Shown here: positions 11,717-26,202 of the stretch, piece after piece
Layout of the letters: the number at the start of each line of letters is the position of its first letter
Numbering within the stretch: position 1 is the stretch's first letter
Source: an uncultured Acidobacteriota bacterium
GTDB taxonomy: Bacteria > Acidobacteriota > Blastocatellia > RBC074
DNA length: 64,000 bases
Direction: 5' to 3'
Assembly (NCBI GenBank): GCA_963796275.1
Contig: CAWCKY010000004.1
Span: forward strand, 1,216,001-1,280,000
Position numbers and translations under genes: made by a program
Notes under the pieces: model-generated
Databases searched by the model: none
Told to the model about the DNA's origin: nothing
What the model saw: the letters and a program-made list of their open reading frames with translations, nothing else

Positions 11717-12039
11717 CTCCTACCGTTTGGTGGGATTGCGAAATCCCGGATTTGTTTATTATTGACTTCCTGCGTTAAACCCTTGTCAGAACCGATCAGA
11801 TCCTTTCACAGGAGACACGTTATCCTCGTCACTTAGCGACGGCGTGAATGGAAACTCGCGGTAAACACGGTGGATTGCCCAGGTCGCAGACGACACTGGG
11901 GTTTCCGGCTCTCACTCAACCGGTCCCTACAGTACCCGATGTATTTGCGTCTCCCCCAATTAACCGGATTTTCAGGGTTTGCAGGATCGGAGTAAATCCT
12001 GAATAATTCTATGACCCGATCTATTTCCGAGGAGGTAAG

Positions 12040-12858
12040 ATGAGCAGAGCTTCACTGTCTTTTGTCTTATCGATAGTATCTTTGACATTTTCATTGAGCC
12101 TTTCCGCGATCGCACAAACACAGCCTGAGGTGTGGGAGTATAAATTTGCCAGGTTGTGTAAGCAGAATGTTGATGCAGAACTGAATAAATATGGCGAGCA
12201 AGGATGGGAGTTGGTATCCGTTCCAGTGCTATCTGGCGATTGCACGTACTCATACTTCAAACGCCCCAAAAAACAGATATTCACCCCAACACCACCTGCA
12301 CTTGCCAGTCCGCTCACTTGCAACATGACGCCAGCGCAGGCTCCGGTCATTCGCGGTATTCGACTTGGAATGAGTACAGATGAACTATTCGTTCTATTCC
12401 CGAGGAGCAAAGAACAATCCGAGATCATAAATGCACTCAGTTATGCAGAGAGAGACTATGGAGTAGTCTCACTAAATTTTAGATTAGATAAATATCCGGA
12501 AAACAAAGTGATGTTCAGCAACAACATCTACAACTATAACATCGTGTTATTTGATGACCGCGTCGAAAAATTTGATGTGAACTATTCTTTCCCAACTCGG
12601 GATAACAGATATCATGATTGGACATATACAACCTGGATTCCCAAACTTTCGGAAACGTATGACCTGCCTATACTAGAGGATTGGACAGGTTCGGGTCGCA
12701 ACTTTGCGAATATAACTTGCCAAGGTTTTCGAATGATTGTTACTGCTGGCATCAACGACACCACATCGATATCCATAATCGGTCCCCCTTACGAGGAAAA
12801 AATCAAGCAGCGACGAGAAGCGGCATCCGAGAAACTGCGGAGTGAATTTAAACCTTAG
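12040..12858 (+). CDS. Secreted hypothetical protein with N-terminal DUF4177-like domain
   Basis: GGAGG RBS, signal peptide, WEYK...LNKYGEQGWELVSV...YFKRP. Visibly more AT-rich than its neighbours. Confidence 0.7.
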   Translation: MSRASLSFVLSIVSLTFSLSLSAIAQTQPEVWEYKFARLCKQNVDAELNKYGEQGWELVSVPVLSGDCTYSYFKRPKKQIFTPTPPALASPLTCNMTPAQAPVIRGIRLGMSTDELFVLFPRSKEQSEIINALSYAERDYGVVSLNFRLDKYPENKVMFSNNIYNYNIVLFDDRVEKFDVNYSFPTRDNRYHDWTYTTWIPKLSETYDLPILEDWTGSGRNFANITCQGFRMIVTAGINDTTSISIIGPPYEEKIKQRREAASEKLRSEFKP

Positions 12859-12941
12859 AATATTCTTGGAAAGTTTTCGCGGGCGCATCGTTCTTTGAGA
12901 AAAAACCACAAGATTGAGAGACACATAAAGTCACCACGGGG

Positions 12942-13026
12942 AATGGATAATTGATGATGGATAATTGATAATTCGTATGTACTGAGGCAACAATTTATAC
13001 GAATTATCAATTATCCATTATCCATT
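12942..13026. repeat. Heptamer-armed palindrome, copy A
   Basis: (GATAATT/GATGATG)n-CGTAT, 18-nt loop, ATACG-(AATTATC/CATTATC)n. Confidence 0.85.
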
Positions 13027-13055
13027 TTGAAACATCTCTTAGAATTGATTTTGAA

Positions 13056-13886
13056 ATGACGATTACCGATTTTCAGAACAGACAGAAAGCGGGCGATCTC
13101 TTCCTGATTGCAGGCCCGTGTGTGATCGAATCCGAGGATCACGCGCTTACGATGGCCCGTGAGATTACGCGCATCGCATCCCGGCTCGATCTGCCTTACA
13201 TCTTCAAGGCTTCATACGACAAGGCCAATCGCTCGTCCGCGCGATCATTCCGCGGCCTCGGAATGGATGAAGGGCTGCGCATCCTGCAACGCGTGAAAGA
13301 TGAATTCGACGTCCCGGTTCTCACCGACGTCCACGAATCTCACCAGGTTGCCGCGGCTGCCGAGGTCGCTGACGTCCTGCAAATTCCCGCGTTTCTTTGC
13401 CGTCAAACCGATCTGCTGCAAGCGGCCGCCGCCAGCGGGCGGGTGGTCAACGTCAAGAAAGGCCAATTCCTCTCACCCTGGGAGATCGGCAATATTATCG
13501 CAAAGCTTGAGGCCGCGGGCGGGCGCGGGATGATGATCACCGAGCGCGGGACGAGTTTCGGTTATAACAACCTCGTGGTAGACATGCGTTCGTTCCCGAT
13601 CATGCGGCGGTTCGGTCATCCGGTCGTTTTCGATGTCACACACAGCATGCAATTGCCGGGCGCGCTGGGGGATGCGACCGGAGGACAATCTGAATTTATC
13701 GAACATCTGGCGCGCGCGGGCGTCGCTTGTGGAATCGATGGGCTCTTTATGGAAGTCCATGATAATCCGGCGGAAGCATTGAGCGATGCCGCGACTCAAT
13801 TCGCGCTCGACAAGCTGGAGCAACTGCTCGAGACGTTGCTCAATATCCACAAACTCGTCCGAATGGATGTCAGAGTTCTGCAGTGA
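13056..13886 (+). CDS. kdsA: 3-deoxy-8-phosphooctulonate (KDO8P) synthase
   Basis: [37 protein letters not shown]. Confidence 0.97.
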   Translation: MTITDFQNRQKAGDLFLIAGPCVIESEDHALTMAREITRIASRLDLPYIFKASYDKANRSSARSFRGLGMDEGLRILQRVKDEFDVPVLTDVHESHQVAAAAEVADVLQIPAFLCRQTDLLQAAAASGRVVNVKKGQFLSPWEIGNIIAKLEAAGGRGMMITERGTSFGYNNLVVDMRSFPIMRRFGHPVVFDVTHSMQLPGALGDATGGQSEFIEHLARAGVACGIDGLFMEVHDNPAEALSDAATQFALDKLEQLLETLLNIHKLVRMDVRVLQ

Positions 13887-13893
13887 GCACGAG

Positions 13894-16299
<2,406 letters not shown>

Positions 16300-16365
16300 C
16301 GCCGACGACAGGTGTCAGGAGTACGATTCTATTAATCAGCTTGATGAAATTTACTTTCCCCGAAT

Positions 16366-16911
16366 ATGCCCTTACCAATCGATGAAGTAATTTCTCGCGC
16401 CCGTAACATACGCCTGCTCCTCACTGACTGCGACGGCGTTTTGACCGATGGCGGCTTATATTACACAGCCGACGGAAAACGGGTTTTTGAAATCACGAAA
16501 GTATTCAATATTCACGACGGCCAGGGATTTCGCCTCGCACAGGATGCCGGATTGAAACTCGGCATCATCAGCGGCCGTGCGTCACCGGCGCTGGCAGCCC
16601 GCGCGCGCGAGCTGCAGATAGATCATCTACATCAAGGCATAGGAAACAAACTCGCAGTTTATGAACAGATCAAAACTGCCGAAAAGATGAGTGACGAAAG
16701 TATCGCCTACATCGGCGATGACCTGCCCGATTTATGCCTGCTGCGCCGGGTCGGATTGTCGATCGCCGTGGCGGACGCTGTGACTGAAATTCGAGAATGC
16801 GCTCATTACCGTACCAGCAAGTGCGGGGGACGTGGGGCGGTCCGCGAAGCGATCGAATTGATCCTGAAGGCTCAGGGTAAGTGGGACGAATTGGTTCAGC
16901 GTTACGAATGA
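16366..16911 (+). CDS. kdsC: KDO8P phosphatase (HAD)
   Basis: LLTDCDGVLTDG, AYIGDDLPD, GGRGAVREAIE; close to kdsA. Confidence 0.92.
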   Translation: MPLPIDEVISRARNIRLLLTDCDGVLTDGGLYYTADGKRVFEITKVFNIHDGQGFRLAQDAGLKLGIISGRASPALAARARELQIDHLHQGIGNKLAVYEQIKTAEKMSDESIAYIGDDLPDLCLLRRVGLSIAVADAVTEIRECAHYRTSKCGGRGAVREAIELILKAQGKWDELVQRYE

Positions 16912-18215
16912 AACCGACACACTCGCGACACACATTGCTTCGGCTGATTTTCGCTCTTACGGTCATTACATACCTCGATCGCCTCTGTATATCGGCCGCC
17001 ATGCCAGCAATGTCAACAGAGTTCAATCTTTCACCCATGCAGAAAGGCTGGATTTTCAGCGCATTCACCTTCGCCTACGCCGCATTTGAAATTCCGAGCG
17101 GGTGGCTCGGCGATCGTTTCGGCGCACGGTTGGCTCTCACGCGGATCGTTCTTTGGTGGTCGGCGTTTACCATACTGACCGGCGCGGTCTTCGGATTCTG
17201 GTCGCTTTTCCTCGTTCGATTTCTGTTCGGTGCGGGCGAAGCGGGGGCGTTCCCCAACATCGCGCGCGCCATTTCGTGCTGGTTCCCTTCTCCGGAACAG
17301 GGTCGCGGATTAAGTGTCGCCTTCATCGGATTGGCTGCCGGTTCGGCGATGACCGCGCCTCTCGTCTTCACGATGCTCGAATTTCAAGGCTGGCGGTGGG
17401 CTTTCGTCGAATTCGGTTTGATCGGAGCACTCTGGTGTGCGGTCTGGCATCGCTGGTTCCGCGATCGCCCCGAAGATCATCCTTCGGTCAACGAAGCCGA
17501 ATTGCGCTTGATTCGATCGGACGAGGCCGACGAAATAATGGTCAGTGGCACGCACATCGTTCCATGGCGAGTATTATTCCGGAGCACCAACCTCGCGTTC
17601 ATCTGTCTGATGTATTTCGCATACGGCTACGGATTGTATTTTTACATCACCTGGCTGCCGACTTATCTGCTCGATGCGCGCGGGTTTTCGATCGCGTCGG
17701 CGAAATGGCTCGCGGCGCTCCCTTGGGCGCTGAGCGCGTTGGGGTTTTGGTTCGGAGGCTGGGCGACTGACTATCTGGTGAAGAGGACCGGAAACCTGAA
17801 GGTCGCCCGCTGCGGTCTCGGCGCGGCCGGATATGCCGCCGGCGCGCTCGCGCTCATCGCAGTCGCACAGGTCGACGACGGCATGCTCGCCGCCTGCCTG
17901 CTTGCGCTCGCGCTCTGTTTCCAAACGATGACGATCAGCGCGGCCTGGGCTGTATGCCTGGATGTCGGTAGACAAAACGCGGGCGTAGTCACCGGCTTTA
18001 TGAATACCGTGGGCAATATCGGTGGAGCCATCGCGCCGATAGTCGTAGGCTATGCTGTGAACGAGTGGCACTCCTGGACTTTACCGTTCTACGTGATGGC
18101 AGGAGTATTCGTGTTCGGAATTTTGATGTGGTTGCTGGTCGATCCGGAACGATCGGTGGTGAGAAACGAGTTACCACGAGCGGCAGCGGGCGATCCATCA
18201 ATGATAAACCATTGA
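16908..18215 (+). CDS. MFS transporter (anion:cation symporter-like)
   Basis: TYLDR, GWLGDRFGAR, RFLFGAGEAGAFP, about 12 hydrophobic segments. ATGA overlap with kdsC. Confidence 0.9.
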   Translation: MKPTHSRHTLLRLIFALTVITYLDRLCISAAMPAMSTEFNLSPMQKGWIFSAFTFAYAAFEIPSGWLGDRFGARLALTRIVLWWSAFTILTGAVFGFWSLFLVRFLFGAGEAGAFPNIARAISCWFPSPEQGRGLSVAFIGLAAGSAMTAPLVFTMLEFQGWRWAFVEFGLIGALWCAVWHRWFRDRPEDHPSVNEAELRLIRSDEADEIMVSGTHIVPWRVLFRSTNLAFICLMYFAYGYGLYFYITWLPTYLLDARGFSIASAKWLAALPWALSALGFWFGGWATDYLVKRTGNLKVARCGLGAAGYAAGALALIAVAQVDDGMLAACLLALALCFQTMTISAAWAVCLDVGRQNAGVVTGFMNTVGNIGGAIAPIVVGYAVNEWHSWTLPFYVMAGVFVFGILMWLLVDPERSVVRNELPRAAAGDPSMINH

Positions 18216-18239
18216 TGGATCATCGCTCGCGGTACATAT

Positions 18240-18800
<561 letters not shown>

Positions 18801-18805
18801 TTTTA

Positions 18806-18906
18806 TAGTTGATAGTTGACAGTTGATAGTTGATAGTTCGTATATACTGTGTCAACAATAGATACGAATTATCAATTATCAACTGTCAACTATCAATTAT
18901 CAACTA
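18806..18906. repeat. Heptamer-armed palindrome, copy B
   Basis: (GATAGTT)n-CGTAT, 18-nt loop, ATACG-(AATTATC/AACTATC)n. The core matches the copy at 12942. Confidence 0.88.
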
Positions 18907-19371
18907 TGCTCCCTCGGCGTGCATGATCGGGAGGTCGTGCTCGGGCGGGAGGTTTAGAGCTTCTTTGGGAAAATGCTCGGCAAAATAGGTGATCAGGTCT
19001 CGAACTGTGACTACGCCGGCAGCCTTTCCCTGGCTGTCGACGAGCGGAATGTTGCGATAATCGCCATCCTCCATCAAGTACATTGCCGAAATCACCGAAT
19101 CTTCCAGGCTCAACTGCTTAGGATCGAGAGTCATAAAATGATCGACCGGTGTCGTATAACTAACCGGCTCGCCGATGACCTTGTTGAGCAGGTCGCGCTC
19201 GGTGAAAATTCCCACCAGTCTGCCTTCATCGCAAATCAGCGCGCAACCAAGATGCTTCGCCTTCATTGCCTCAACCGCCTCTCCAATGCTAGCCCCTAGT
19301 TCGACCATCGCCGGTGACCGCAATGGGAGATGACGGATCTTTATCTCGCTCAGTTTATCAGCGATCGACAT
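18904..19371 (-). CDS. CBS domain-pair protein
   Basis: GRLVGIFTERDLL, YRNIPLVD, GVVTVRDL. Confidence 0.9.
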   Translation of the reverse strand: MSIADKLSEIKIRHLPLRSPAMVELGASIGEAVEAMKAKHLGCALICDEGRLVGIFTERDLLNKVIGEPVSYTTPVDHFMTLDPKQLSLEDSVISAMYLMEDGDYRNIPLVDSQGKAAGVVTVRDLITYFAEHFPKEALNLPPEHDLPIMHAEGA

Positions 19372-19392
19372 AGGCGGATTCCTCCTGCACGG

Positions 19393-19908
19393 CTAAAAAT
19401 CCAGCCCCGCATATTTGAGAAAATAGTTGGCGACCGACTTGGCGGATATGATTCCGACAGGCTGGCCGTCTCTCACAATGGGCACATGACGATGCTCTTT
19501 CACCGCCATTTTGTTGATGACTATACGTATAGGCGATCTCTCATCGATGGCATCAGGATGTGTACTCATCACCGCTCTCACGTGAAGATGGTTGAGGTCC
19601 ACATCGCGGCCCGCAACTTTATTTAACAGGTCACGCTCGGTAAGGATTCCAATCAGTCTCCCTCCCTCGACCACTACCGCCTGCCCGATGCCTATTGTTT
19701 TTATGCGCGATACAGCGTGAGCGACCGAATCGTCCGGGCTGACCAGTACCAGACGATCATAAGGAATGTGGCTGACCTTGTCCTCCATCAAATGCTGTTG
19801 CAATCCACCTGTTGGCGCAGGCACATCGAAGATGCTCAAATCATGCCTGCACTCGTCGCAATGGTCCAACCCATCAAGGTTCTGATGGCTGCAGTAGGGA
19901 CAGATCAT
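19393..19908 (-). CDS. CBS domain-pair protein with N-terminal zinc ribbon
   Basis: MICPYC...CDEC, GILTERDLL, HRHVPIV. Confidence 0.88.
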   Translation of the reverse strand: MICPYCSHQNLDGLDHCDECRHDLSIFDVPAPTGGLQQHLMEDKVSHIPYDRLVLVSPDDSVAHAVSRIKTIGIGQAVVVEGGRLIGILTERDLLNKVAGRDVDLNHLHVRAVMSTHPDAIDERSPIRIVINKMAVKEHRHVPIVRDGQPVGIISAKSVANYFLKYAGLDF

Positions 19909-19971
19909 ATAGACCTCCTCAATTTAGCTCTGAAGAGCCGGATCGGAAGTTGATAGCCTTGATGATAATTT

Positions 19972-20019
19972 CAAACTCCGTAGGAATGACATCCGGTGAG
20001 GCCGCTCCTACGGAGTTTG
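19972..20019. repeat. REP-like hairpin
   Basis: CAAACTCCGTAGGA ... TCCTACGGAGTTTG, a 14-bp perfect stem. Confidence 0.75.
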
Positions 20020-20149
20020 CGAGATGTGAATGATCAAATCCTGCAGAGAATTGGCGTAGGCATTTCGCGCCTACGATGCCTGGTTCCGTAACTTATGATT
20101 TCGCCAGCTTTCGCCGAATCTTAGTTTGTGCGGCCGTTTTATACAGCCG

Positions 20150-21214
<1,065 letters not shown>

Positions 21215-21239
21215 TTAAATCCACCTCTACAGATTCTCT

Positions 21240-23105
21240 TTACAGATACTCTTTGATTTTGTCGACCAACTCTGTAACTTTGAAAGGCTTGCCCTTGACC
21301 TTCGTGAAGCTGACCGCGTCAACCAGGAACTTCGCGCGCACGAGCAGCGCAAGCTGCCCGAGGTTCAGTTCGGGAATGATCACAGTATCGAATCCTTTCA
21401 AAACATCGCCCAGATTCCGCGGAAAGGGATTGAGATATCGCAGATGGGCGCTGGCAACCGATTGGCCTTTCTCCTGTAACTGTTCGACCGCGGTTGTTAT
21501 CGATCCGAATGTAGACCCCCAGCCCAGTACCAGGACTTTACCCGATGGCGGGCCGAAGACTTCGAGGTCCGGAATGTCCTGCTGCATGCGCTGAATCTTC
21601 TCGGCCCGCAGGCGCACCATGAAGTCGTGGTTATCGGGATCATAGCTGACGTTGCCCGTGATGTTCTGTTTCTCCAAACCGCCGATTCGATGCTCGAGAC
21701 CCGGCGTGCCCGGGACCGCCCACGGTCGCGAGAGCGTCCGCTCATCGCGCAGATACGGAAGGTAACCTTCCGGTTCGGTGCGGAATTCGACCTTCATCTC
21801 AGGCAGATCCTCAACTCGCTGTATCTCCCACGGCTCGCTGCCATTGCCCAGATAACCGTCCGAAAGGAAGAAGACCGGCGCCATATACTTGGTCGCCAGT
21901 CGAACCGCCTCGATGGCCATCGTAAAACAATTGGCGGGAGTAGACGGTGCGACGATGCCGACCGGGCATTCGCTGTTGCGTCCGAACATCGCCTGCAGCA
22001 GATCGGCCTGTTCGGTCTTGGTCGGCAGCCCCGTCGAGGGGCCCCCGCGCTGGACATCGATGATGACCAGCGGCAATTCGGTCATTACCGCCAGACCGAT
22101 CGCCTCCGACTTGAGCGCAACGCCGGGCCCGCTCGTTCCCGTCAGTCCAATGTGGCCGGCGAACGCCGAGCCGATCGCCGCGCCGATCGCCGAGATCTCA
22201 TCTTCCGCCTGGAAAGTTTTGACGCCGAAATTCTTATGCTTCGAGAGCTCATGCAGAATATCCGAGGCAGGCGTAATCGGATAGCTACCGTAAAAGAGCG
22301 GGCGGCCTGTCAGCTGCGCCGCGGTGATAAATCCGATGGCTGTCGCTTCGTTGCCCGTGATGTTGCGGTACTTGCCGGGTTTGATCCGGGCGCGGCCGAC
22401 GTGATAGTGGACGGTGAAAATCTCGGTCGTGTCGGCATAGTTATAACCGGCTTTCAGAGCCATGACGTTGGCCTCGGCGATTTCCGGCTTGGCGCCGAAC
22501 TTCTCGTCTATCCACTTGAGCGTGGTCTCCATCGGACGGTCATAGAGCCAGTACATCAATCCGAGCGCATAAAAATTCTTACAGCGCTCTTGTTGCTTGA
22601 ACGGCATTTTCGAACCTTCGAGCGCCTTGAGCGTCAGGGAGGTGAGCGGCACCTTGAACAGCCGGAATCCCGAGAGCGAGCCGTCTTCGAGCGGATTCGC
22701 CGTGTAGCCGGCTTTCTTCAGGTTGTTATCGTTGAATTCATCGGTATTGACGACCAGTATTCCGCCCGGTTCAAGGTCTTTGATGTTGACCTTTAAAGCC
22801 GCCGGATTCATGGCGACCAGCACGTTGGGCTCGTCGCCTGGCGTGCGAATGTCGCGGCTGCTGAAATTGAGCTGATAACCCGATACGCCGGGAAGGCTGC
22901 CGGCCGGGGCGCGAATCTCCGCCGGGAAATCGGGCAGCGTTGAAATGTCATTCCCGATAATCGCCGCAGTCGAGGTGAATTGCGTCCCGGTCACCTGCAT
23001 ACCATCGCCCGAGTCTCCGGCAAATCTTATCGTTACAGTCTCGATGTCCTCGACCGGGGCATGCCGTTTTACCGGTTCTTCTGTTGTTGTGGATGTGACA
23101 GACAT
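21240..23105 (-). CDS. korA: 2-oxoacid:ferredoxin oxidoreductase alpha subunit (gamma-alpha fusion)
   Basis: [37 protein letters not shown]. Confidence 0.93.
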   Translation of the reverse strand: MSVTSTTTEEPVKRHAPVEDIETVTIRFAGDSGDGMQVTGTQFTSTAAIIGNDISTLPDFPAEIRAPAGSLPGVSGYQLNFSSRDIRTPGDEPNVLVAMNPAALKVNIKDLEPGGILVVNTDEFNDNNLKKAGYTANPLEDGSLSGFRLFKVPLTSLTLKALEGSKMPFKQQERCKNFYALGLMYWLYDRPMETTLKWIDEKFGAKPEIAEANVMALKAGYNYADTTEIFTVHYHVGRARIKPGKYRNITGNEATAIGFITAAQLTGRPLFYGSYPITPASDILHELSKHKNFGVKTFQAEDEISAIGAAIGSAFAGHIGLTGTSGPGVALKSEAIGLAVMTELPLVIIDVQRGGPSTGLPTKTEQADLLQAMFGRNSECPVGIVAPSTPANCFTMAIEAVRLATKYMAPVFFLSDGYLGNGSEPWEIQRVEDLPEMKVEFRTEPEGYLPYLRDERTLSRPWAVPGTPGLEHRIGGLEKQNITGNVSYDPDNHDFMVRLRAEKIQRMQQDIPDLEVFGPPSGKVLVLGWGSTFGSITTAVEQLQEKGQSVASAHLRYLNPFPRNLGDVLKGFDTVIIPELNLGQLALLVRAKFLVDAVSFTKVKGKPFKVTELVDKIKEYL

Positions 23106-23451
23106 TTTGGTTTTAACTCCGTCAGGGCTTAATTATTTAGTTTCTTAGTTTACACTCTCCTCCTCCGTAATGCACCCTTGGCATTGACGGCTCATCCAGG
23201 CCTAATAAGGAACCCATCAGGGCTAACTTGGGGGTGGCCACGTTGAGATAGAGTACGAGGCGGAAGACACAGGGTCGCTCAAACTAGTATAGATCAATAT
23301 AAATTGGTATAGCCAACAAGAGGATAATAGCATGCCCAGAGAAGATTCTCCACAAAACTGCAGAGGTACGGAAGTCGGTAAAAACTCTTTTCTTCCCGCC
23401 TCCCCGCTTTCCGCCTCCCTTTGTGAGCCCCGGTTTGAAGATCGGCACCAT

Positions 23452-23505
23452 AATTTGGTAACCAAAACGTTGACAATATCCAAGCCGCCCCATATCATCG
23501 TTTCA
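23452..23505 (+). promoter_or_regulatory. sigma70 promoter with overlapping SufR-like operator; probably leaderless
   Basis: TTGACA (23470-75), 17 bp, TATCAT (23493-98), then 6 nt to the ATG. TAAC-N6-GTTG at 23459-72 overlaps the -35. Confidence 0.7.
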
Positions 23506-24182
23506 TGTCAGTCGCAGCCGTCGAAAATATATTGAAGGAGTCACGCAGCGCCATCATCGACCTGCTGAAGATAAATGGCGCGATGAGCGTCGAGGAGTTG
23601 GCGGACGAATTAAAAGTATCCAAGGTCTGCATTCGCCGCCACCTGAACTTGCTCAAGAGCGACGGGCTGATAAGTTATGAGGAGGAACATCGCCAACGCG
23701 GCCGTCCCCGCTTCATCTACCGGCTGACCGAAAAAGCGCGCTGCTTCTTTCCGCAGACATACGATGAATTTGCGAAAGAGGTGCTGGTGCAGCTGCAACG
23801 CCAGTTCGGCGATGAGGGGTTGCAGCGGGTGCTCAGCGCGCGCGCGGATGTTCTGATCGCGCAGATCAAGGAAGAGCTGAAGGATATGGGCTTCGACGAT
23901 CGCGTCAAATGCCTGGCCAATTTGATCAGCAAAAAGGGATACCTGGCTGATGTGCGGCGGCTGAAAGATGGCGCCTATCGACTGCGACAGCGCAATTGCC
24001 CGACTGAAAACGTCGCGGTGGCTTACCCTCACGTCTGCGACGAGGAAGTGCGAGTCTACAGTGAGTCTTTGGGATGCGCGGTGGTACGCGAATGCAGAAT
24101 TGCCGATGGAGCGCGCGTGTGTGAATTCAGGATCGCTCCGCCCAGGCTCACGCAGATCTCCCGTAAGTCGAGAAAAGTATAA
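23505..24182 (+). CDS. sufR: SufR-like HTH transcription regulator
   Basis: N-terminal wHTH, RGRPRFIYRLT, FPQTYD, NCP...C...CEF; followed by Fe-S genes. Confidence 0.75.
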   Translation: MSVAAVENILKESRSAIIDLLKINGAMSVEELADELKVSKVCIRRHLNLLKSDGLISYEEEHRQRGRPRFIYRLTEKARCFFPQTYDEFAKEVLVQLQRQFGDEGLQRVLSARADVLIAQIKEELKDMGFDDRVKCLANLISKKGYLADVRRLKDGAYRLRQRNCPTENVAVAYPHVCDEEVRVYSESLGCAVVRECRIADGARVCEFRIAPPRLTQISRKSRKV

Positions 24183-24305
24183 TCACAAATTCATTCTGTT
24201 TTTTGTGAGAATGTTTTTTGAATAAACGGTTGATGACGAGGAACGACTGCGTAATGCAATCAAATTCCCGTTTCAACCCGTAGCGTTACGAGAATATTTT
24301 TTAAA

Positions 24306-25409
24306 ATGAGCGAAACAATCACAACACCAATCACCGAGGATTTGATCCTCAATGCCTTGCGGGCCGTTAAGGACCCGGACCTGCACAAAGATATCGTGTC
24401 CTTGAACATGATCCGCGACGTCAAGATATGCGGTGGCATAGTAAGTTTCCGTTTTGTCCTGACCACTCCGGCCTGCCCCGTCCGCGATCAACTCAAATTT
24501 GAAGCGGAGAAGTCGGTTTATTCGATACCGGGCGTAGAGCGGGTCGAGGTGAAAATGGACGCCGAAGTGCCGAAGGCGCGCGGCGTTCTCGATAAGACCG
24601 AAATAGCCGGCATCAAACACATCATCGCTGTCAGCTCGGGCAAGGGCGGCGTCGGCAAATCAACCGTCGCCGTCAACCTCGCTGTCTCGCTTGCTCTGAT
24701 GGGGGCCAAGACCGGCATTCTTGACACCGACGTATACGGGCCGAACGTGCCGATAATGATGGGCGGGAAGGACATGCCTTTGGCGCGCGGCAATTTCATC
24801 GTTCCTCCGGTTTATCATGGCGTTAAGACTATGTCGATCGGTCTCCTCAATCCGGGAGACAAAGCCATCGTGTGGCGCGGACCGATGCTGCACACCGCGG
24901 TGTCGCAATTCCTGCGCCAGGTTGAATGGGGCGAGCTCGATTACCTGGTCGTCGATATGCCGCCCGGCACCGGAGACGTACAACTTAGTCTGGCACAAAT
25001 GGTATCTCTCGCCGGCGCCGTACTCGTAACGACGCCGCAGGAAGTCGCGCTGGGCGATGTGCGCAAAGCTTACAACATGTTCGACCAACTCCACGTCCCG
25101 GTACTGGGCATCGTCGAGAATATGAGCTATTTCGAATGCCCGAATGACGGGAACAAATACTTCATATTCGGCAATGGCGGAGGAGAGGCGCTGGCGGAGA
25201 GTTACGACCTTCCCTTCCTCGGGGGGATACCTATTGCGATCAACATTCGCGAAGGCGGTGACCTGGGTGTGCCGATCGTCATCGGCCAACCCGATAGTCC
25301 GCAAGCGAAGGCATTCGCTCAGGTCGCGCAGAACATCGCCGCGCAGGTTAGCATTGGGGCAATTAAGGCGAACAAAACCCTGCCCGTGCTCAATCTGCCA
25401 AAGAAATAG
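24306..25409 (+). CDS. apbC: Mrp/ApbC Fe-S cluster carrier ATPase with DUF59 domain
   Basis: LTTPACP, SGKGGVGKST, WRGPM, DMPPGTGD, ENMS. Confidence 0.92.
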   Translation: MSETITTPITEDLILNALRAVKDPDLHKDIVSLNMIRDVKICGGIVSFRFVLTTPACPVRDQLKFEAEKSVYSIPGVERVEVKMDAEVPKARGVLDKTEIAGIKHIIAVSSGKGGVGKSTVAVNLAVSLALMGAKTGILDTDVYGPNVPIMMGGKDMPLARGNFIVPPVYHGVKTMSIGLLNPGDKAIVWRGPMLHTAVSQFLRQVEWGELDYLVVDMPPGTGDVQLSLAQMVSLAGAVLVTTPQEVALGDVRKAYNMFDQLHVPVLGIVENMSYFECPNDGNKYFIFGNGGGEALAESYDLPFLGGIPIAINIREGGDLGVPIVIGQPDSPQAKAFAQVAQNIAAQVSIGAIKANKTLPVLNLPKK

Positions 25410-25489
25410 ATGAAATACGAAGATGCCGATGAGAAATGTTTTTCATCTTCTTCGCTTCTTAGCGTTTTATATTTTCCGAGGGAGGGTTG

Positions 25490-25578
25490 TTGACGACATT
25501 TCTTGAGATCGATATTATCTTAAGCATTCGATATGGGAATTCGATCCAAAAGTTCGATCTGAAAGTTCGATCCGAAAA
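25490..25578 (+). promoter_or_regulatory. sigma70 promoter followed by 4x13-bp direct repeats
   Basis: TTGACG-17-TATTAT, then TTCGATATGGGAA TTCGATCCAAAAG TTCGATCTGAAAG TTCGATCCGAAAA. Confidence 0.6.
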
Positions 25579-25672
25579 GATGGCAACAATTATTACTCGA
25601 AAAGGTAACAGCGGCCGGAAGAATTGCTAGCCGGCGATGGGCAACAATTACACAGAAAAGGAGAATGTGATA

Positions 25673-26002
25673 ATGATTTTAACTATGACAGATATGGCGG
25701 CCACTGAGGTGAAGAAATTCCTCGAAGCAGAAAGCATGGGCAACGATGGCGGTTTGCGCGTCCGCGTCGTCCCCGGTGGTTGTTCCGGTTTCCAGTACGC
25801 GATGAACATCGAGGAGTCGCCACAGACAACTGACGAAATAGTTGAGACCGGCGGCCTCCGTGTCTTCGTCGATATGTTCAGCGCCCAATATCTGGAAAAT
25901 GTGCAGATCGACTATGTCAACAGCGTGATGGGATCGGGCTTCACATTCAATAACCCGAACTCGACCGGCGGTTGCGGTTGCGGCAGCTCTTTCACCGCTT
26001 AA
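25673..26002 (+). CDS. A-type Fe-S carrier (HesB/IscA/ErpA family)
   Basis: GGCSGFQY and CGCGSSF; AAGGAG RBS. Confidence 0.93.
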   Translation: MILTMTDMAATEVKKFLEAESMGNDGGLRVRVVPGGCSGFQYAMNIEESPQTTDEIVETGGLRVFVDMFSAQYLENVQIDYVNSVMGSGFTFNNPNSTGGCGCGSSFTA

Positions 26003-26025
26003 ATCCTCTCGGGCCATCAGAGATA

Positions 26026-26059
26026 CGGCTTCCGCACCGAGAGGGTGGGAGCCGTTTTT
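26026..26059 (+). terminator. Rho-independent terminator
   Basis: ACGGCTTCC...GGGAGCCGT stem followed by a T run. Confidence 0.7.
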
Positions 26060-26075
26060 CTATCCCAAATGCTAA

Positions 26076-26132
26076 TCAGTAATAATTATTGTTATTGAAA
26101 GCTTGACAGTGTGAAAATCAGGTGGCTAAGAT
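26076..26132 (+). promoter_or_regulatory. Fur/Per-box-like palindrome and sigma70 promoter
   Basis: Imperfect palindrome TCAGTAATAATTATTGTTATTGA directly upstream of TTGACA-18-TAAGAT, before a Fur-family gene. Confidence 0.65.
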
Positions 26133-26202
26133 TGGATGAGAGCCAGGTTGCCCTGCTGCCCCACTACCCCGTTGCCCCTATTGCTCATTTAACGCTCACG
26201 CG

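Noticed and set aside
11925-11960. c-di-GMP-I riboswitch (GACGCAAA on the minus strand)
   Set aside because: There is no upstream GAAA-tetraloop stem, and it points away from any gene start.
23150-23275. 6S RNA or fluoride riboswitch in the korA leader
   Set aside because: Some long-range pairing is visible, but the family-specific motifs and closing stems are not convincing. An Infernal search would be needed.
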